Shown here in pieces: positions 48,901 through 61,600 of a stretch of 64,000 bases of DNA. The notes under the pieces were generated by a model. That model ran no database searches. It saw only the letters and a list, made by a program, of their open reading frames with translations, and had not been told where the DNA came from. Every line of letters starts with the position of its first letter. Position 1 is the stretch's first letter. The stretch comes from Thalia democratica (taxonomy: Eukaryota), in NCBI GenBank assembly GCA_965202585.1, contig OZ241828.1:56544001-56608000 (forward strand), given 5' to 3'. A program made the translations under genes and the position numbers.

Positions 48901-51900
48901 ACGAAGAATCTGTAGAATGTTTGAATGAAGTAATCGAAAGTCACATTGTTGACGGAGTTTTTTGCTCAGTTGCAGCCGGTTTGTTTAAAATTTAAATAAA
49001 TAGCAATTGTTATAATTTGTAGAGTATTTTAATTTATAAACATGAAACGCTTGGGTTTCCCTATATTAATTTCAACACTTCAACTATTAAATAACCCCTT
49101 AAAAGTCAAAATTTATATGATATTTGTCTTAAATGATTTTATATTTTCAAAAGACGATAAATTGTAAAAAACTAACTTATAAGGCGGATAAATTTTAAAG
49201 CGGTTAACAATTATATATGCTATTACTAAATACTTATTTACTATCTACTATTTAGTGTAGTAAAACTTAACAATAAAAAAAGTTATTAAAGTTTTTATCA
49301 TAACATTCTACTTAAAAAAAACTTTATTACAAGTTTTGATCACTCTTACTTGTTTAACAATCTATGTAGTTTTTTGAAAACAATCTAAATTTATGACTTT
49401 TCTCAAAAATAATTTTATCATTTTGATAAATGATATTCATCATAAAGTTTCAAAAATAAGATAAAAAATATTGAATTCTGTTTTAAAATAGGTATAAATC
49501 TTGTCACAATCAATGGTCATTTATTAAAAACACGAGTTGACGACTTCACAATTCATATCAACCAATCAAAACTGATAAATCGTGATGTCATGGCAACAAA
49601 CGGAGTTATTCATAGTGTTGACAGTTTGATAACAAAAGGTAACTCATTTAACATTTTTTGTATGGATAATTTTTTTTTCATTTTGTAAAGTTTGTTTAAA
49701 CCTTTCTAGAACTATACTTAGAAAGTATATAAAAGATTTGTTTTTATAACAAGAACATATTTGTAATTAGTAGACAAAACTTCTCCTACTAAAATACTTA
49801 CTAAAAACTGTTAAATATTTTACTAAGTTGTGTTTGTTTGTATTTAGGCAAAAAAATTACCGTACTTGACAAGATTAATAGTGCTTACTTCAATTTTAAA
49901 CGTAATATACTGTTTACTAATAAGTTCTAATATACTAAATCAATTATGTTACTAGCGTCAAAAATATTTGAAGTAAATAGCTTAAAAAAAAATCTGTAAA
50001 ACTTTTTATACTTTAAAAAATATTAAAGTTTTATGAACAACATTATTTTTTTAATCTTTAAAATTAATTGAATCACAATAACAGTGCGGACAATTGCGGA
50101 CGTTTTAAGAGAAGAAAAAGGATTCAGTGACTTCTATGATTATTTTCAATCTTCAGGGAAACTGGATTCTCTCAGCAAAATGAGGAATATAACTTTGTTC
50201 GCTGTGAGAAATCGTGCTTTTCAGGTTTTTAATTACCAATTGTTATATAAAAAAGGCTAAAAAAAAAGCTACGATATACTTTTCCACTACATTCATTAAC
50301 AGTACAAAGAAGAATTTATATTAAATGTTTAAATAAGTTGTTTAAAAATTATTCATTCAAATTTTTCAAAAGTAATGAAAATAGTTTCAATACTTTTTAG
50401 AGTAATAAGAATACCTATGAAGTTGCTGCAATGTTTTTCCATTAACAAAAAACAAGCAAAATAAAAAACATAATGAGTTTTTTGAAAAAGAATATTATAA
50501 AACGAATAAGATGTTTTTATTATGATGTGTTTTTTTTATTACTGACTACTTTTCATTGGACAAATTATATTTAAATATAAATAGACTAATAGTAAATTAA
50601 AATATTTTCAGAGTAACAAGAAATTTGATGACGTCAACCAGCTCAAATATCACGTGACAAATTTTGTCGACCTCGCCGATCTCCGTCACCCTCCAGTGAC
50701 GAAAGTTGTGACGTCACGAGAAGGGGAACATCCCGTTTACGCGACTTCTTACAACAGCAGGGGTAGCGGGTTTGTCGTCGCGGTTCAGTGCACACGCGTT
50801 GCCAGGCAACAAACTTCCGGTTCATGCGCCGGAAACCTGATAGAAGTCGAACAGGTTGCAAGATCGTAGTTTGTATTTTTTTCGTTTGAGAGACATTTAA
50901 ATGAAAATTTTTTATTTGTTTTTTTTTATATTGGTTTCGGTTTAGCTATACTACAATATTAATAAAAATACTATTAATGAACTACATATCGTTCAGCTTT
51001 GGAATTTATTTATATTTTTGATTTAATTTTCAAAAAAAATGTAGGTAAATATCCCTTTATCTAATTTTAAGCATTATTTTTACAGCTGTTTAAAGTTCCA
51101 AAGCGTAATTTATTAGAAGTCATCGAAGATTCAAAGAACGGAAACTTCTCAATGCTTCTTCAAATTATCAGGCTGCACAAACTAGAATACGTTAGTTAAA
51201 GTTTATATAACTTTTTAATTTATATTAAAGTTAAATTTATATTCCTAAAAAACTTGATACTATTAGTAGTACAATTTTATTTTGAGTTTATATATTTACA
51301 ACTATTTCACGTTTATACGATGATAACAAGAAAATAAAGTTATAACTATAAGCTTCTTGTAACTCTATACAAGTTCACGATAGTAGTTGGAAAACAAAAA
51401 ACTTATTACTATAAGTAGTATATAAAACAACTTAAAAGTGTTTTTTAAACAGCTGCTGATGAGAAATGAACCAGTCACCTTTTTAGCTCCAACCAACAAC
51501 CAGTTCAAACAGCTGAGTAGGAAAGTGTGGAACAAGCACTTTGCTAAGAAGGAGTCCGCAAGAAGAATAATCACATTCCACCTGCTACCAGGTATGTACT
51601 ACAATTTATATTATATTCAATTTAAAGGTTTACTAAGAAAACTTTTCATCTTATTGTGTTTTGAGCTGTGTAATTAAGTAATTTAGTTAATACAGTGTAA
51701 ATTTTGTGTTAAAAAGGTATATTTTAGTTCACGGAATTTATTACTTCGGTTTATTAGCAGTAACATATATCAATTAAATAAAGTAACCTACCGAAAATAA
51801 AATGAGATCTTTTTTTGTTTGCAAACAAACACATGCAGTTTTAAAATCGTAAAAACTGAAAAAGAAAACTTAAAGGCATTAACATGTGATAATTATAAAC

Positions 51901-52145
51901 CAGGTTACTACTGTTTCGATGAGCTGATGCAGCGGTCGCACAAAATTAAAACTTTGAACGGTCAGCACGTGACCGCGTGCCCCAAAACCCCCAACTACGT
52001 CATGTTCGGCAGGAGGAGAAACGCGCTGAGGGTGCGCACCGTCACGCCTGACTTGCTGGCGCGTAACGGCATCGTGCACGCCGTAGACAACATCCTCGTG
52101 CCCAAGTACTATGACGTCACAAAGTACCCGAACAAGAAGGGATAG
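39993..52145 (+). CDS. TGFBI/periostin-like secreted fasciclin protein (signal peptide, EMI-like Cys domain, polybasic insert, four FAS1 repeats), 787 aa
   Basis: Phase-consistent exons: 39993-40381, 46123-46248, 46484-46593, 47392-47637, 47950-48044, 48411-48612, 48799-48978, 49492-49638, 50085-50224, 50612-50854, 51086-51190, 51453-51591, 51904-52145 (2364 nt total). Motifs HVC...WSCC...YC, TLFAPTNSAF, DVMATNGVIHSVD, ITLFAVRNRAF, TFLAPTNNQF, DLLARNGIVHAVDNIL. Confidence 0.9.
45192..45264 (-). ncRNA. Type I hammerhead ribozyme (minus-strand copy)
   Basis: Exact reverse complement of 45398-45470. Confidence 0.88.
45398..45470 (+). ncRNA. Type I hammerhead ribozyme (plus-strand copy)
   Basis: Stem I GACUGA/UCAGUC, extended by UCGGU/ACCGA and ACAAGUU/AACUUGU; core CUGAUGA; stem II GUCC-UAAUAA-GGAC; GAAAC; palindromic short stem III ACCGGU; GUC triplet with predicted cleavage after 45451. 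Confidence 0.9.
47161..47316. mobile_element. Small MITE of the same family as 56778, in fasciclin intron 3
   Basis: gtcataaatgcacggagcgtcactttt is mirrored by aaaagtgacgtttcgtgcatttgtgac; the right end gttccc matches the gggaac terminus at 56778. Confidence 0.65.
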
Positions 52146-53596
52146 ACGATGTTCGGTCTTGGTGCGAGATTTAGAGTTCTTATCAAAAAAGTATTGCTGA
52201 CTACAGGACAGTGATGCCTGAGTAGAAATTTGAAAATCGGATTGAAAGTAAAAAAAACAATAGAAATGATATGTGCTAGGAATGTTGAGTTTTTAACAAA
52301 GAACTTATGTAATAATAAAACTGCGGGGATAAATTTTAAGATTTTTTTATAACTATAACCAGCAATTTCATGAGATTTTTTTATTTAGGTTTCAGTAGAT
52401 TTTTAATTGAAATAAAACCAAAAAGAGTTTTTAAATAATAAATATTATACAAACTTGTTTTTGAGAAGGTTGAAACATTTTTTTTATGAGATTATTTATA
52501 TTTATTATCAAAAATGTTTGTTAAATTTAGTCATATCTCAAAAATTCTTTTACTTTTTGTTCTTATTTATATACTTTTGGTCAAAATAACTAATAGTCAA
52601 GAAATAACAGCAAAACCAACTTCTATTTTGTCTTATAAGTTTATTTTTTAGTTCTACCAGTTATTTTAAATCAATTTTTTTTTTGAGAAAACTAAAGAAA
52701 GTACTAAGACATTAATAAAAAGTCATCAAAAAATAATTTCCTTCTTTAATAAACTAGTTGCATTCTGTTACATTTATTATTTTTACAATATTACTTTGTT
52801 ATATGAATAATTTTTAAATGAAAGTCTATATTATTTTGCTGGCAAAATAAACTTATACAAACTGCATAAAAACAGAGTAATTTTTATACAATTTATACAA
52901 TTTTCAAAGTCTACTCAAACGTATGTTTTTTTTAATAAAGAATAAAAACAGCAAACCGTTTATTGTACCTCAATTTTCAAATGAAAAGTTAATTTAAAAT
53001 CACTTAAGATAGAACATATTTTTATAATTTAAATGCTTGTAGTTGTTAAAACTAATCATTTAACAATGCTTTTCAAACATTTACGTTTTTTACATTATGT
53101 TATTAAGCAAAAAAATCATCAGGGTTTCAATTTAATTGTAATTTTAAATGAATAAAGTTTACCAAAAACAAAAATTTTTCAACTTTTATAGTAGCTCAAC
53201 CAACTTTCATAAAGAAAATAAATAAAAACGTAAAATTACTAAAGTATTTTTTTTTTGTAATCTGAAATATTAGATAAATTATTTTATTTTTTTGATTTTA
53301 TCTGCTCTAAAGAAAACTTTATGATTTATGAGCAATATTAAATTTCTTTTTTTATTACACTAGTTGCATTTTATTCTACTGTTTTTTAAATTTATTTGTA
53401 TAGTAGTTAGTCGTAATTTTTTTCATTGAAGCTCTTTGATATTTTGCTGGCAAAATAAATTACTGCAAATTTTACAAAACCTTACTTGTGCTTTTAGTTT
53501 TGATAAATTAAGAAGTTTATCAGCGTGTAAAATAATATTATTAGAGAACTAAAAAAAAATATTACTGATGATAATGTAAATAGGAATGTCATAATA

Positions 53597-54000
53597 AGTT
53601 GCCGTGCAATAGTAAATACATAGTTTACTTGATAAAACAGCTGGTTTTGAATACGATCAGTGAAAACATCGGCGTAAGTCTATCAGGTCAAAGCCTGGAC
53701 CTGGAGTTACCTGTACCATGAGACAAACTAAAGTTAAAACACGTAAGTCACACGTAAGTCCAGGCTTTGACCTGAGAGACTTACGTCGATGTTATCATTG
53801 ATCGTATTCAAAACCAGCTGTTTTATCAAGTAAACTATGTATTAACTATTGCACGGCAACTAGAAAACCCTGACATTACTGACCATGCCAGCAAACGGTT
53901 GCTACATGGTAAAATGATAAACTGACTGACGAGTATCAATAAGAAGGTTTCAAACTTCCGAAGGTTTGTGGTCTGATGGTCGAAGTTGTATGATCATATC
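53597..54000 (+). mobile_element. Older relative of the 45.1-kb hammerhead element, also with an internal inversion
   Basis: 104-bp inverted arms at 53597-53700 and 53758-53861. Shares aaaacatcggcg..aagcctggac..tgagacaa, ttgcacggcaa..tgataaac and gtggtctgatggtcgaa with 45086-45506. Decayed core tgaCTGACGAgt at 53926-53932, with GAAA lost. Confidence 0.75.
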
Positions 54001-55627
54001 TCTATGTTAATGTATTTCCCTATACACAGAAGTTAAATCTAATCGAAGCACATAACAATTATTTTAGTAATTAATTTGCCTGATTCGGTGCATTTAAATT
54101 AAAACACTACAAAAAAAAATTGAGAAAAGTCTCATTTCAATTAGAGTTCTATATTGTATGTTAATGTATTTAAACAGAAGTAGTAGTACACTTAGGTAGT
54201 CAACTGATTGATAGTTTTATATTAAATTGTTTGACTATTTCCTATTCTATAATAATTTCTTAACCTTTAATATATTTAGCTACATTTATATTATATAACA
54301 GTTTCAAAGTTTAATAATAAAAACAGTTTTTTTTAAGGTTTTTTTGTTGTCCTCCAAACTTAGTGATACCTGTAAATATTGTATTTGATTAGACTTTTTA
54401 GTGTTGTAGAAATTGACACCAATACCAAACTAACTAGTGCAAAATGCAACTACAACTGTTGCAAAACACACAAACATTAAAAAGGTATAAAAAACAACAA
54501 TAGACGGTTTTAACAGTTTAACATAAAATGCATTAATTGAGGTAAAATGTACTTAAACCTAGCTAAGTTGTAAACTTAAAATATTAAGATTCTTTAATAA
54601 ATAATAGTTACTATTTTATCAAGAACTTTAATTAAAATCTTTAGGTTTAGTTAAAACAGATACCAGTAGGTTTTTAGTTCCGTAACTATTTTATTTTAAA
54701 TTGTTTTAATGTTTTCAATTTTTATCTATATTTTCAATAAAACTAATGTAATTCACCTAAACTTTTTATCGACGGTTATATTTCAAGATTTTCATAAAAC
54801 TATAACGTTGACTTAAAACAGTATTTTTTTCATTTTAAAGCATAAATAATGAAAATAAAAACTACCACAATGTAACTTATTCTTTGTTTATTCTTGGAAT
54901 GATATATTCAGTTCCTTTATATAAACTTAAAGCAATTTCAAAATTAATTAAAATGAAGAACTAAAAAACGTTTATGTCTAATAATCTTTTTAATTCTGAT
55001 TAAACTTTTTATAACTTTTGTTTTTATTCAAAATTGCTTTCAAAGAACTGATGGATCATGGAAAGTGGTACCCATTTCATTTATGTAACACCAATCATCA
55101 GCTAGACTGTGAGATTTTCATGTTAAACAAGAGTATACGATTGAAATTTGATAAAAGTACAACTATTCAACACTGTCTTCAGTTGTCTTATAGAATTTTA
55201 TTTTGCGAACAAGCTAGTAAAACTATGATCTTAAGTATAAAAAAAACTTGAAGTTTTTCGCCAATGAAACTTTAATTTTCTATTGAAACAATTCTTTAGT
55301 ATAAGCTAAAATTTATTTATCTATATGTTAGTTGGAGCTAAGAACATGATTGGTTCATTTCTCATCAACAAATGTTTAAAGTTTATACATGTAGATACTG
55401 CTAATAATGTAAAGTTTTTCCTTCAGAATTTAAGTTTACCTTTAAAGTTAAATAGTTGTAAACGAGTTGAAGTAGTTAAAAGTTATAAGTTTTAACTTGA
55501 AGATACTATACTACTAATAGTTATTAAAATAAAGTTACAATCACTTAATGAACTTTATAAGGACCCTATTTTGAAAAAAATTGTTTACATTTTATAACAA
55601 TGTAAACGTAAAACAATCATGAAGAAA

Positions 55628-58600
55628 TCTGCCAGCACTTGACCGAAGGTTTCAGGTAGGCAACCAGCTTCACTGGAAAGTGGTAGAAGTCGGTTGATTC
55701 GTATTTACACACGTGCGACCTGTGTTTTAATTAGTTGTTTGTTTTTAATATAAAATAATTTAATTCTATTATAGAGATTGGGTAATGGGATTGGGATATA
55801 TACGGAGACTGTGGGCTACTTAAGTCATTAGTACTATTCATACAACTTAATACTACTTAATTAAATTACTGATTCTACTATAGTCTACTTTACACAAATC
55901 ATAAAGACAGTTCGGGTAATGTATCTATTATATAAAACAACCACAAAACATTATTATAACAACTTTGTTTCAAAAATATGAGTTATTTTTATTATTTACT
56001 TAAAATAAATAAATTTTATAAACAATTATTTATTAGTTGTTGTGTTTGAATAAAGAAAACTCTATGAAATAATTGCTACTGGCAGTTAAAAGTTTCAAGC
56101 TTAACATGTTCTCAAAATAATGCGTTAATTGGTTTCTAACACTTAGTAAGATAATTGTTAATGGAAATATTTTTTTTCTAATGAGATTAAAAGTTTGCTT
56201 TTGTTAAAGTAATAAAAAATTGTAATTCTAAATACTTAATAAAATAAACTAAAACTATTGTACTCAAAAAAAGTATTGTTAAAAAACAAGCCAATTTTAT
56301 TTTTTAGACTTTATCTTTTAAATAATTAAAACCTTATGTATAAAAATACTTTACCTAGTTGTTTTAGACAAAAAACACATATAAGTTACAAAACAAGTTT
56401 TAAACTACATCAGTATTTCGTTATGTCAAATTTTTATCGTACTGTGCCAAACTCTTTCGTAAGGAATTATTGTATAGCTATAAAATGTTTGATGACTAAC
56501 ATGTTAAATATCTAAATAAATTTTACTTATATATAAAATATCCAAAACATCTAAACTTATAACGCAGTAACACTATTGCTGATAATTTTATTATCAAATA
56601 TGCTATATTCAATATCTTTAAGTTTTATTTTCAAGCTATAGGTACTTTTAGTTTTATGTTTTGAAAATTTAACGGGTTATGTGTTTTTAATTATTTAAGC
56701 GAACATAATAAAATTATGCATTAACAAAATTGTATATAACACTTTAAGCAATTCTAAACATTTACTCTAATTTGTAAGGGAACGGGTCAAATATGCACGA
56801 AGACATTTTTGCACAAAGGGTCAAATATGTACGAAGGGACACTTTCGCACTAAGACTTTTTTGCACAATAAGTTACAAAAATATATATCTTAAGAAAAAT
56901 AATAAATAAATAAATCAACTAAAAGAAAAGGAATAAAATACCGACCGATGGTAAAGGGTTAGGAGTAATAGTGACAGTAAAAAAAAATAATAAAATAAAG
57001 TTAATAACAACAATTTTTTTTTCAACCCGCACAAGTGTTTTTGTGTAAAATAAACCCCTTTTGTGAAAACGAAGCCAAGCAAAAGTGTCTTCTAACATAT
57101 TTGACTCTTCGTGCAAAAGCGTCTTCGTGCTAGTTGACCCTTCGTGCAAAAGTGTCCGTTCGTGCATTTTAGATACCCACCCAATTTGTAAACCTTAAGT
57201 TTATACTATTGTATGCATAAACATCATTAAACAAATTACACACAACGCTTTGTGAAAAAATAAGTTGATAAGTAAACAACAATATTACGCTATATTTGTT
57301 TTAAAAACTATTAAAAAGTCTGTAAATCGGCAATTCGCATAAAAAACTGCCAGCAGCCTTAACTACTTCAAAACTACTATAAAAAGCAAAATAGACCATC
57401 TTAGTTATGAAATTTGTGACTAAAATAAAAGTTTTTGGTGATTTTTCAACAAAATTTGAAAAAGCATCATCGATAATGCTCGTTTGAACTATTGTTAATA
57501 ACAAATAAGATTGATTGTTAGTTCTACTTTGTTGTTTTGATTAATCGTTTATATGTGACAAAAGTAAAAAATAAAAATAAATAAAAATATACATGCACGT
57601 TTGATCTACCTTGATAAGTCTTCGTATATAAAGATCTATCTAACAAAATTTGGTTATAGATTTTGAGAATTAATAAAGAAATAATAATAAACAAATAAAC
57701 AAAAGTATTTTCCAAGTACAAGGCTAATCTTATCATTAATTATCTTAAAACAGTTTTGTTACAGATACAAGTTACTTTTGAAATTTGGGTGGTCCTTTAT
57801 TATCAAAAAGGTATATAAAAAGATCGAAATAATTTTGAATTGTTTGAATTTAAAACCAACAGATTAATCCTATTATCAGTTTAAGCGCAGTTCACCGGTT
57901 CAGACTGGTATAATTATCGCAAGCGCGAGCAAGTAAGTGAGAATAATTACAATTTTGAATTGGATTAAAACCCGTTTGCGTTACTCACTCAAAAGAAAAG
58001 TTGCCGTAAACAGAACTGATAATAAAATGTTTACAATTGTCTCCTCGAAATGGGAGGCGTTGAAACGTTTTCTCAGCTCATTGTCTTGATGATACGTATC
58101 AAAACCGCTATGCAATACTAGCAAGATGTGCTGCAGACAATAAAAATAAAAGTTGTTTTCTAAAGTGTGAAATACCACAGGGTAAGGTTAGATGCAGTTT
58201 AAGAGTTAGTTGCTGGTAGATTTAGTAACTTGATATTACGATGAGTTTTATTAACACGGTCGTGCAGATATTGAATTTCTAATATAAATCGTCAAAAAAC
58301 TAAAACTTTATCAGGTTTTATTTTTTAATTTTAGTATAAAGCATATACCTTAAAGTCTTTTATTACTTAAATCCTATGGAAAATAAAAAAACTTTAACGA
58401 ACAGAATATCAATATTTAGAATTGTACTGCATGCAAAAACCGGTACTTTATGGAAAATAACGATAATTATTTTTTCTATATTATTTAGTTTCATACAGTA
58501 TCAAAAAATATGTAATACAACTTATTGCGTTGTATCTTCAAAAAAAAAAATTTAACGTTAAACAGTCCTAACATACTAAGTCACGTAGCAAGGGAGTTAT

Positions 58601-61600
58601 TTACTTTAACACGCACTTTTAGAAGAAAAAAAGAACGATATTGAACAATAATAAAAAGTATACACAGCAAATAAAAAGCAAGATGTTAATCTTAATTGAA
58701 TAGTTCATGAAATTTTGGCTACCTAATTGAACTTTATCAAAATAGCTGCTGTTCATATTAGCGAAACGGGTAATGTAAACAATCGGTGAAAACAATAGTT
58801 ACTTTGTGCCGATTATTTGAACAATTCGAATAAAAAAAGATTAAAACAGGCGCCTTAATGCCAATTTCTTTTTGGTTAAGAATTTAGAGTGATTATCAAT
58901 AAAATTTAAATATTTTTTGCATGTGTTTGAGACTGGCGAGCAATAGAATTGTTCTGAATTAAATCGAATGTTTGATTAAGACATTTCAGCACCTATAAAT
59001 GCAACTCTGCTGTTTTAGTTAGATAAGTATTCACTATAACCTGGACATTTATATACTGGTAATAGTGTTTTACTAGAAAAAGATATCAGCTTAGTTTTCT
59101 ATTCTTAATTCTAAAATCACAACTAGCCGTTAAATAAGCTTTTAAAGTTTTAAATACAACAATTTTTTCAAGATCTGTTTCTAACACAAACGGGAGGAAA
59201 TAAAACAAACGGCTGTGTAAACAATAATTTTGAATACACAATTTCATTACTTAACAGTTTAAATTGTTTCGTAAAGTTTAATAAATACAAAAACCAAGGT
59301 TTCAAATTTTAAAGATGTCTGTTAAATTCTGACTAAAGTTCAACTGCTTACTTTAACGTGCTGAATGCTTTAAAAGTAGCATAAAGTAGTTGTTACTTAA
59401 AGTTTGAACTGAACTTTATTAATTATTTGGAAAGATTTAAAGGTTTTGTGAGTTTTTTATTCGAACAAATATTAACCTTTTATTCTTAAACAACGAAAGT
59501 ACTCAAAAAAGAACTGATATAAGCATATAACACGGCCGTTTAAAGATTAATATCTAAAACGTTAACTAGTCTCATTCAAGTTGGTTGGTAAACACACAAT
59601 TTAGCGCGACTATATTCAGATAAACCTCGGAACACAAATAAACCGTTGATAAATTAAAAAGTTGCCAGAAAAGCACATTAACGATCTTGCGTTAAAAAGT
59701 CCATTTAACTACTTTTGATCTTTGTCGATGCTGTCAAACTACTCTGATTTATTTTTATTTGTTTGTTGTTTTGAAAAGTCGAAAAAAAAGGTGGTTTAAT
59801 TCAGTATCAAAGCGAAACTTTTTCCGATAAAAGACCTGATTCTTTTTAAGTAAAAACACCTTAGGTGTTAATGGTTGTTTTTAATTTATTTAATTTTGAG
59901 TTGCTTTTGTGATACAAATTCGTTGTTTACTTCTTTATGAAATTTTTGATAACTTATCTTAATAAGATATTACAAACAAAAAAATCAAACGGTTTTAAAA
60001 TTTAATGAAAAATGTAGTATAAAAACAATTTAATATAAAAGTCTAGTTACTTTAACACTCTTAACATAAAAATTAATTGAGTTTATAATTTTGTTTATTT
60101 TCTCAATCTGTTTTAGTCATACATCAAAGAGGAAAATAAAAACTTTGTTTGAAATTAGAAAGACCACCATGATACTTTATAGCAATTTTTTTTTGAAAAT
60201 TACTTTTAATCATAGTTGTTTAATGTGAATTTGTGATATGCTTGAGTTACATTTAAATTAAAAGTTACTTTGTTCATTAATTAGGTAATTTTTTACACTT
60301 ACTCTTACATAACTGTTTATAAAGTGAAAATACATTGTAAAGTTTATATAAGCTGTTGTCGAAATAGTCCTACATTTAAATATATTTTTTGTACAAATTA
60401 AATTAAAAAAAAAATTTTTGTTGACAATACTTTAAAATCTAAAAAATATTCAGTATAAGCAGGTTTTAACGTAAAACTTTCCTTAAAAAGATAAAGGTGA
60501 AAAAGATCAGAAGTGTTTAAAGCTGAAACTTATGCTAAACTATAAAACTTGTATGAAATATGTATCAAGTAACAATAGAATTTACATTTATTAATTACCG
60601 GTACTGTATGTGCTTATTGAACATAATAAAATACGACTCCAGGTTTTTGAGGTTTTAAAAACTTATAGCAAGCATTAGCTTTTTCAAACAAAAGGAAACT
60701 CTTTCACTGTCCAACGGGTGTTTGTGCAAAGAAAAGAAAGCTAAGTTGTTGTTAAATCGCTTCCTATTTAGAGCTTAGTTTTGACTAATGACCATAATAT
60801 CAAATTTCGACACTTTCTTATTTTAAATATTCATTATAACGCAATGGAGTTTGCAATTAATAGCAAGTATTTAAAGCTTTATTAGTGAGCTTTTTGTTGT
60901 GAGTTTTTTAGTAACTTTATTCAAAATACAAATTTAAAAAGGTTCACTATTGCTTTTGGTTATTTATAGAAATTTTGCAAACAAAAATAATTTAAGTGAA
61001 AAAAAAAATTAAACTTTTTATTCTGTTATATAATAACACAAGTCTCGAGTTAATTGAAAAAGCAAAACAGACTAAAAATTTTCTTCGAAATATTATTTTG
61101 TCATTACAAAGAATCGTTGTTAGATTAAATTCTTATTGTTAATAAAACTATACTAAATCAAACATTTATCATCGTTCTAACTTTTATTGTTGTTTTTAGG
61201 TTTACTACGTCCTATGAAACTAATGCTTAATTAAAAAAAAATATTTATTTATCAAGTTTTAAAGCGTCAACTATTTTGTAAATAAATACGACAGCCTCAA
61301 GCGAAGTTAACTGCAAAACTGTCATTAAAATTAATTTAAAACAAGTTAGATGAAAACTTATCACTCAGCAGCAAGTCCTTCTATCTTATCTTATTATAGT
61401 GATAAGTTTTATTTTATTAAAAACAAAAGCTATACCAAAATATCAAATTAGTGTTTTTGATAAAAACAGTTGTTGACATAAAAACTTCGTTGAACTTACT
61501 CGCAATACACTGATCAAATTAGTTGATAATAATGTGCACTTTATAAAAATCAGTTTTTTGTTCAACTAATTAACAGTATTATTTTCATAACTTAATTCTT

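Noticed and set aside
56919-57167. 82-aa minus-strand ORF
   Set aside because: Lies wholly inside a MITE and reflects its short repeats.
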